Source: Fibrobacterales bacterium
GTDB lineage: Bacteria; Fibrobacterota; Fibrobacteria; Fibrobacterales; JAOPTW01
Direction of reading: 5' to 3'
Length of the DNA: 64,000 nt
Assembly: GCA_051532055.1 (NCBI GenBank)
Contig: JAOPTX010000015.1
Coordinates: forward strand, 149,047-213,046
The translations under genes and the position numbers were made by a program. This document shows positions 59,701-64,000 of this stretch, one piece after another (the first letter of the stretch is position 1; each line of letters opens with the position of its first letter). The notes below the pieces were generated by a model. The model did no database searches, was not told the origin of the DNA, and was given only the letters and a program-made list of their open reading frames with translations.

Positions 59701-61291
59701 GGTTCGTTACTTGAGCAAAGAGCTGTTTGAAGTAGTTACCGAGATGCTGAGCTCTATGAGACAGGACTGCAAGTGGGGTATCATTACCCATTGACCCAAG
59801 AGGTTCTTTACCTTGGTTTGCCATTGGTTCTAAAATTACTGAAACATCTTCTTTTGAAAAACCAAATGCCTGCTGTCTGTGTAAAAGCACAGTATGGCTT
59901 GGCTGTTTAACCAATTCTTGTGGCTCAGGAAGGTCTCTAAGGTCAATTTTGTACTCTTTTAACCAATCTTGATATGGTTTTTGTGAACAGACCTGTTCTT
60001 TGATCTCTTCATCAGATATGATGCGCCCCTGCTCGAGGTCTGCAACAAACATTTTACCTGGCTGAAGACGACCACGTTTTACTACGATCGAAGGATCGAT
60101 ACAGACACAGCCTGATTCTGATCCCATGATAAGGGTGTCATCTTTGGTAACCATATAACGAGAAGGTCTAAGGCCGTTACGGTCAAGAGTAGCACCGACA
60201 ATTTTACCATCGGTAAAACAGAGTGACGCAGGTCCATCCCAAGGTTCCATTATACATGCGTAATATTCGTAGAATGCTTTTTTAGCTTCTGACATTTGAT
60301 CATGTTGTTGCCACGCTTCTGGAACAATCATCATCAGTACATGGGGGAGTGAACGACCACTGAGTACGAGGAGTTCGATTACCATGTCGAGGTTTGATGA
60401 GTCCGACGAATCCGGATTACAAATAGGTAGAATCATATCGAGTTCTTCTTTCGAGAACTTTGTTGATTCAAAAAGTGCTTCACGTGCTTTCATCCAATTC
60501 AGATTACCACGAACCGTATTTATCTCACCATTATGCGCAATGTAGCGAAATGGTTGAGCCAAACGCCACGAAGGAAATGTATTGGTCGAGAAGCGTGAGT
60601 GTACTAGGGCAAGAGAACTTACGACATCTTTATTTTTAAGGTCGTCAAAATAGGTTCTCACTTGTTCTGTATTAAGTTGTCCCTTATAAAGGATAGTCCT
60701 ATACGAAAGTGAGATAATGTGGAAGATATCATTGATATTAACCACTGTTTCGTGGGTGATACGATTGGTGTATTTGCGAAGAACAAAAAGTCTTCGTTCA
60801 AATGCATCTTGATCGAGCTCAATCGGTTTACGAATAAATACTTGCTCAATGTGTGGTTCAGTATCACGAGGCGCTTGGCCTAAATTACTGTTATCCACAG
60901 GGACATGACGGTAGCCAAGAATCTCTAGGCCAAGTTTATCACAGTGTTTTTTAAAAATTGCTTTACACTCATCACGGGTGTCTTCTTCTTGTGGCAAGTA
61001 ACACATGCCAACACCGTATTCACCTGCTGAAGGGAGCTTAATATTAAGTTTAAAGCACTCTTCAGTAAAAAAAGCATGAGGAATCTGGAAAAGAATTCCT
61101 GCACCATCGCCAGAATTTGCATCGTATCCGGTACCACCACGGTGTTCCATACGTGCAAGCATAGTGAGTGCATCATCGATAACGTTGTGTGACTTACGTC
61201 CCTTAAGGTTTGCTACGAAACCGATACCACAGCTATCATGTTCAAATTCGGGTCTATAAAGCCCTTGATTTGTCTGTTTATTTAAAGCCAT
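56762..61291 (-). CDS. gltB: Glutamate synthase large subunit
   Basis: EHDSCGIG, HRG, HSRFSTNT, HNGEINT, WDGPA, GAMSFGS, QGAKPGEGG; likely start MALNKQ at 61291. Confidence 0.98.
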   Translation of the reverse strand: MALNKQTNQGLYRPEFEHDSCGIGFVANLKGRKSHNVIDDALTMLARMEHRGGTGYDANSGDGAGILFQIPHAFFTEECFKLNIKLPSAGEYGVGMCYLPQEEDTRDECKAIFKKHCDKLGLEILGYRHVPVDNSNLGQAPRDTEPHIEQVFIRKPIELDQDAFERRLFVLRKYTNRITHETVVNINDIFHIISLSYRTILYKGQLNTEQVRTYFDDLKNKDVVSSLALVHSRFSTNTFPSWRLAQPFRYIAHNGEINTVRGNLNWMKAREALFESTKFSKEELDMILPICNPDSSDSSNLDMVIELLVLSGRSLPHVLMMIVPEAWQQHDQMSEAKKAFYEYYACIMEPWDGPASLCFTDGKIVGATLDRNGLRPSRYMVTKDDTLIMGSESGCVCIDPSIVVKRGRLQPGKMFVADLEQGRIISDEEIKEQVCSQKPYQDWLKEYKIDLRDLPEPQELVKQPSHTVLLHRQQAFGFSKEDVSVILEPMANQGKEPLGSMGNDTPLAVLSHRAQHLGNYFKQLFAQVTNPPIDSIRERMVMALHSHVGGSQNLLDETARHCHKVEIEHPVLSNADLEKLKYIDNDHFQTKTIDITFRAIDQAGTLKKAIDRICRYAVDAVEDGFSIICLSHRGVDSDHAGIPSLLATAAVHHHLIREGLRGKADIIVEAADVIETHHFATVIGYGASAINPYLALETLVDLNETDKLKEKYSAEKLFENYAESINSGLLKIFSKMGISTLQSYQAAQIFEAVGISKEVVDLYFTGTVTRIQGLTLNDIAKETLAKHKIGFPEAHIPNPRLDVGGVYQWKHRGEDHQFNPETISLVQEASKNNDYDTFKKFCKVSDEDATKAYTLRGLMDFKSKGSIPLDEVESVEKITKRFATGAMSFGSISWEAHTTLAIAMNRIGGKSNSGEGGEDPRRFKPMENGDSMRSAIKQVASGRFGVHSYYLTNADEIQIKMAQGAKPGEGGHLPGHKVNDWIGSTRNSTPGVGLISPPPHHDIYSIEDLAQLIYDLKNANRAARINVKLVSEAGVGTIAAGVCKGKADVVLISGHDGGTGASPLSSIKHAGLPWELGLAEAHQTLVRNKLRNRITVQADGHMKTPKDIAVAALLGAEEWGVATTALIVEGCIMMRKCHENTCPVGVATQNEELRKRFTGNPDHVVNYFTMLAQGLREIMAELGFRTVNEMVGQVDCLEMPNKFDHWKYKNIDLSPILYKEQGDENQTKFCSIEQNHGLDVVLDQKLLKIAKSSLESGEKVTAELEILNTDRATGTILSNEISKKYDAAGLPDNTIHIKFKGSAGQSFGAFSAKGIRFELEGDANDYFGKGLSGANLVVYPDKKAPFDPKNEIIVGNVAFFGATRGEAYIRGIAGERFCVRNSGAKVVVEGIGDHGCEYMTGGLSIIIGDTGRNFAAGMSGGVAYVYNPNGTFEKNCNMGMVEFDTKDEEDIIMLRTMLENHHSFTGSDVAEAILADWENNLEKFIKVMPTDYKKVLLRKKAELKEAVNG

Positions 61292-61494
61292 ATTTATCCT
61301 GTTACCTCCGTTAATACGCATTGCATTATACTCAAATGTTGCGCAAAGGAGTTATGAATATCCGTTTTTCATCTCATTTTCTAATTGCTCGGTCAAGATA
61401 GTAAAATTTAGTTATAATTTCTAGTCTAAAGTGAGCTGTCTACAGAGAGCTATTGGTCAACATGACACTATAAAGTGTCTTTTTTTATTAAAAA

Positions 61495-61917
61495 GTGGAA
61501 TATATGGTCAAAATTGAACTGTTACTTGATGAATCCGAAGCCTTAAATGCAAAAGAGCCCACAGGGACATGCTTGTTTCAAAATGAAACAGAGGAGGTGC
61601 GAGGTGAGTATACTTACTTGGACGCATGGTTTATTTGCCTCATTAAAGGGCTCGACTCAATACGGGACGAGGAGACTGCAACTATTGATGTTGAATTTGC
61701 CGACCAACCGGAAGCCATGATCATTGAAAAAATGAATGGGGCCTTGGTGCTCTCCTATTTCGGGGAGAAATGCTCTGTTGGTGCACAAATATTTTTTGAG
61801 TCAGAACTTAAAAAGGTTATAGCTCATTTTATCGATAGGTTTAAGAAGACAGAAGCGTATAGTGATAATACCTTTTTTGAGGTATTAGAAGATTACTGTG
61901 CTACAGGGGATGTATGA
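61495..61917 (+). CDS. Hypothetical acidic protein
   Basis: 140-aa ORF overlapping the next gene by 4 nt; no recognised motif. Confidence 0.65.
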   Translation: MEYMVKIELLLDESEALNAKEPTGTCLFQNETEEVRGEYTYLDAWFICLIKGLDSIRDEETATIDVEFADQPEAMIIEKMNGALVLSYFGEKCSVGAQIFFESELKKVIAHFIDRFKKTEAYSDNTFFEVLEDYCATGDV

Positions 61918-62321
61918 TAGCCCGCTTGTTGTGTACTTGGTGTTTTGTGGTGACGGCACTCTTTGCAGCCGAGTCACAGTCAATACTGGTAAATCCAGGA
62001 ATAATTGACATAGGTATGCTCGACTCAACTGTTGATTCAGTATTTGGTACTGCCTATATATATAGTAAAAACGATTTTTCTATAAAAATACAGTCTCAAG
62101 ATGATGTAACTCATACCTCCACAGAGGTTACTTTAACACTGCACAAAGACGGATCTGTTGAAGAAAGTACATTAGGGCAGTATCGTGGTTACAAAGTTTT
62201 GATGGCCGTATCGGTCAAAGATGCGGCACAAGGTAAGTCAATTAGAAAATTCATCACTTTTGATTCTTCAGAATTTCCAAATGAAAAAATTGGTTTAATG
62301 CTCGTGGGATTTAAACAATAA
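61914..62321 (+). CDS. Secreted hypothetical protein, probably a single Ig-like domain
   Basis: Signal peptide ending ALFA; beta-strand pattern. Confidence 0.65.
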   Translation: MIARLLCTWCFVVTALFAAESQSILVNPGIIDIGMLDSTVDSVFGTAYIYSKNDFSIKIQSQDDVTHTSTEVTLTLHKDGSVEESTLGQYRGYKVLMAVSVKDAAQGKSIRKFITFDSSEFPNEKIGLMLVGFKQ

Positions 62322-62365
62322 CACCTTGTTGATTAATAGCATTCTTTTTATTATTGTCTCACAAT

Positions 62366-62439
62366 CGGGATGTAGCTCAGTCTGGTAGAGTGCTACAATG
62401 GGGTTGTAGTGGTCGTTAGTTCGAATCTAATCATCCCGA
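62366..62439 (+). tRNA. tRNA-Pro(GGG), CCA not encoded
   Basis: CGGGATG/CATCCCG acceptor; CTACA-ATGGGGT-TGTAG anticodon arm; TTCGAAT T-loop. Confidence 0.96.
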
Positions 62440-62445
62440 CTCAAC

Positions 62446-62474
62446 AAAAAAAGCTCCTTTTAGGGGCTTTTTTT
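62446..62474 (+). terminator. Terminator of tRNA-Pro, core of a longer inverted repeat
   Basis: AAAAAAAGCTCCT-ttt-AGGGGCTTTTTTT. Confidence 0.8.
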
Positions 62475-62720
62475 GTTGAGTCGGGACGGTATTGTAGGGT
62501 GTGCTGTTCGATAAGCCGTGAGCAATAGTACTCATGTTCATTTCTTCCAGTGTAATAGTTTTATTGAGAATACAATTAATCTAATTCTAGAATAGGACCT
62601 TTATTATATTATATAATTGATAAGCTAAAGTTTTTTGGTTAAAAATCGATTAATATTAACAGATGAACTCCCATGGTGTGGTGATTTCTGTTTTTGTACG
62701 ATCCAGGAAGAAGGTACAGT

Positions 62721-63824
62721 TTGAAAAAGGTCGTTTTTGGAATAGTCAGTGCGCAGAGTTGTCTATTTGCCCAGGTGACTGCAGAATCAATGAGTAAATC
62801 ATTTACGGATAGTATTAATCCTACCATTATTATTGTGGTTGCGATTATTGCCGTTCTTCTGGTTGCGTTTTTCGTGTTGTGGGAAATAAAAAAGGTTGAT
62901 GCTCAAAAACAGCTGAAAGCTGAAGTGAGTTGGAATAAGTTTTTTACAATGGTGAAGGAAAAAGAACTCTCTGAAAAGAAAATTAGCCTTTTGAAAAAAA
63001 TGATCACTTTGGGTGACGTAAAAGCTGCTGATTCTATCCTTTTTTCTCCTGTTGTATTTGAGAATATCATTGAGAACTACTATACGGTCCTTGAAAAGAA
63101 AGGAACAGTTGGAGCGGCACTCTCCTATGAGTTGATCCATGAAATACGAGATGAGCTTGGATATTCACGTCTTCCCCTTGAAACACCTTACGTATCAACG
63201 CGACAGTTAAAAGTTGCGACTACCTTAATGCTTCAAGAAGAGGGAATGAAGCAGACAACAACCTCGAATATCGATGACAACAAAGAACAATTTTGGAAAA
63301 TTGGCAATAAATTTGAAAAAATTCTAAAGCCGGGGTCTGAAATGAAGGCATCTTTTACCCGAAATGGGGATGGCGAATATCATATCACGACAAAAGTTGT
63401 TAAATGCACACCCGATGAAATCACCTTAGAGCATTCCAGGCAGGTATCAAGAAAACAACAAAGAAACTGGGTGCGGGTTGATGTTAATCTTCCCATTATG
63501 GTGATTGCGACGCTCGAGTATGAAGATGGTCAGAAAGTTACTGAAAAGGTTCGCGGTAGAATTCGTAATATTTCGGGAGGTGGTGCATCGATACGACTTC
63601 CCATTAGAATCCCAGGTGACAGTTCAATATTTATGAATTTTGATCTCTCGGGAGTGAAATTTAATAGGATTGAAGGTCACATTATTCGTGTAAGTGATAA
63701 AGCTGATGGGGCAGATGAAACGTTTCAACATTCACTGAAATTTATCGACTTAGAATCTCAGCTTCAAGAAAAGATTGTACGCTATGTTTTTGAGGTCCAG
63801 AGAAAAGAATCTCAGTGGCGCTAA
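62721..63824 (+). CDS. Membrane-anchored YcgR-like PilZ-domain protein (c-di-GMP receptor)
   Basis: N-terminal TM; QRNWVR (RxxxR) and NISGGG (D/NxSxxG); start TTG 62721 preferred (ORF extends to 62694). Confidence 0.88.
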   Translation: MKKVVFGIVSAQSCLFAQVTAESMSKSFTDSINPTIIIVVAIIAVLLVAFFVLWEIKKVDAQKQLKAEVSWNKFFTMVKEKELSEKKISLLKKMITLGDVKAADSILFSPVVFENIIENYYTVLEKKGTVGAALSYELIHEIRDELGYSRLPLETPYVSTRQLKVATTLMLQEEGMKQTTTSNIDDNKEQFWKIGNKFEKILKPGSEMKASFTRNGDGEYHITTKVVKCTPDEITLEHSRQVSRKQQRNWVRVDVNLPIMVIATLEYEDGQKVTEKVRGRIRNISGGGASIRLPIRIPGDSSIFMNFDLSGVKFNRIEGHIIRVSDKADGADETFQHSLKFIDLESQLQEKIVRYVFEVQRKESQWR

Positions 63825-64000
63825 ATACCGAATTTAATTGAAAAATAAGCCAATTTGTGGTAACCTTTATAGTATATTTGCCTATAAGAGGTTGAGTCTA
63901 TTAGAGTTATCTTAGAAATTGAAGGGGTGCATCAAGAGATGAGGATGCCAATTATGATAGTGAATACTCACTATACTTCGTCCTTGAATGTGAACTTTGA

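Noticed and set aside
61464..61486. Small hairpin GACACT-ataa-AGTGTC plus T-run before the 61495 gene
   Set aside because: The 6-bp stem is too weak to call as a terminator or attenuator.
63890..64000. Possible start of another CDS at the right edge
   Set aside because: Too short to establish frame or product.

Overview
AT-rich bacterial chromosomal window from a diderm organism. Fibrobacterota or another FCB-group lineage is my inference from gene content (DapL, NYPNP-type C-terminal sorting domains, ExbB-ExbD-ExbD-TonB unit), not a proven assignment. Housekeeping genes are murI, ilvB/ilvN, mreBCD-mrdA-rodA, comF, dapL, yqeY-rpsU, rimO, trxB and gltBD, plus three tRNAs (Ala-GGC, Ser-TGA, Pro-GGG), none with encoded CCA. 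Accessory content includes a 5'-edge-truncated beta-propeller/HYR surface protein, a CusCBA-type metal efflux operon after tRNA-Ala, an Agl-like proton-channel motor cluster with a beta-barrel gene, two giant paralogous secreted proteins and several c-di-GMP proteins. The best candidate system is a four-gene minus-strand operon (47782-51869) with the order and motifs of Zorya type III (ZorF-ZorA-ZorB-ZorG) but strongly diverged. Its ZorF-like protein ends in a canonical beta-clamp-binding motif (QLDLF), and three tightly coupled envelope/signalling genes lie directly upstream. All family assignments come from motif recognition by eye; no searches were run.
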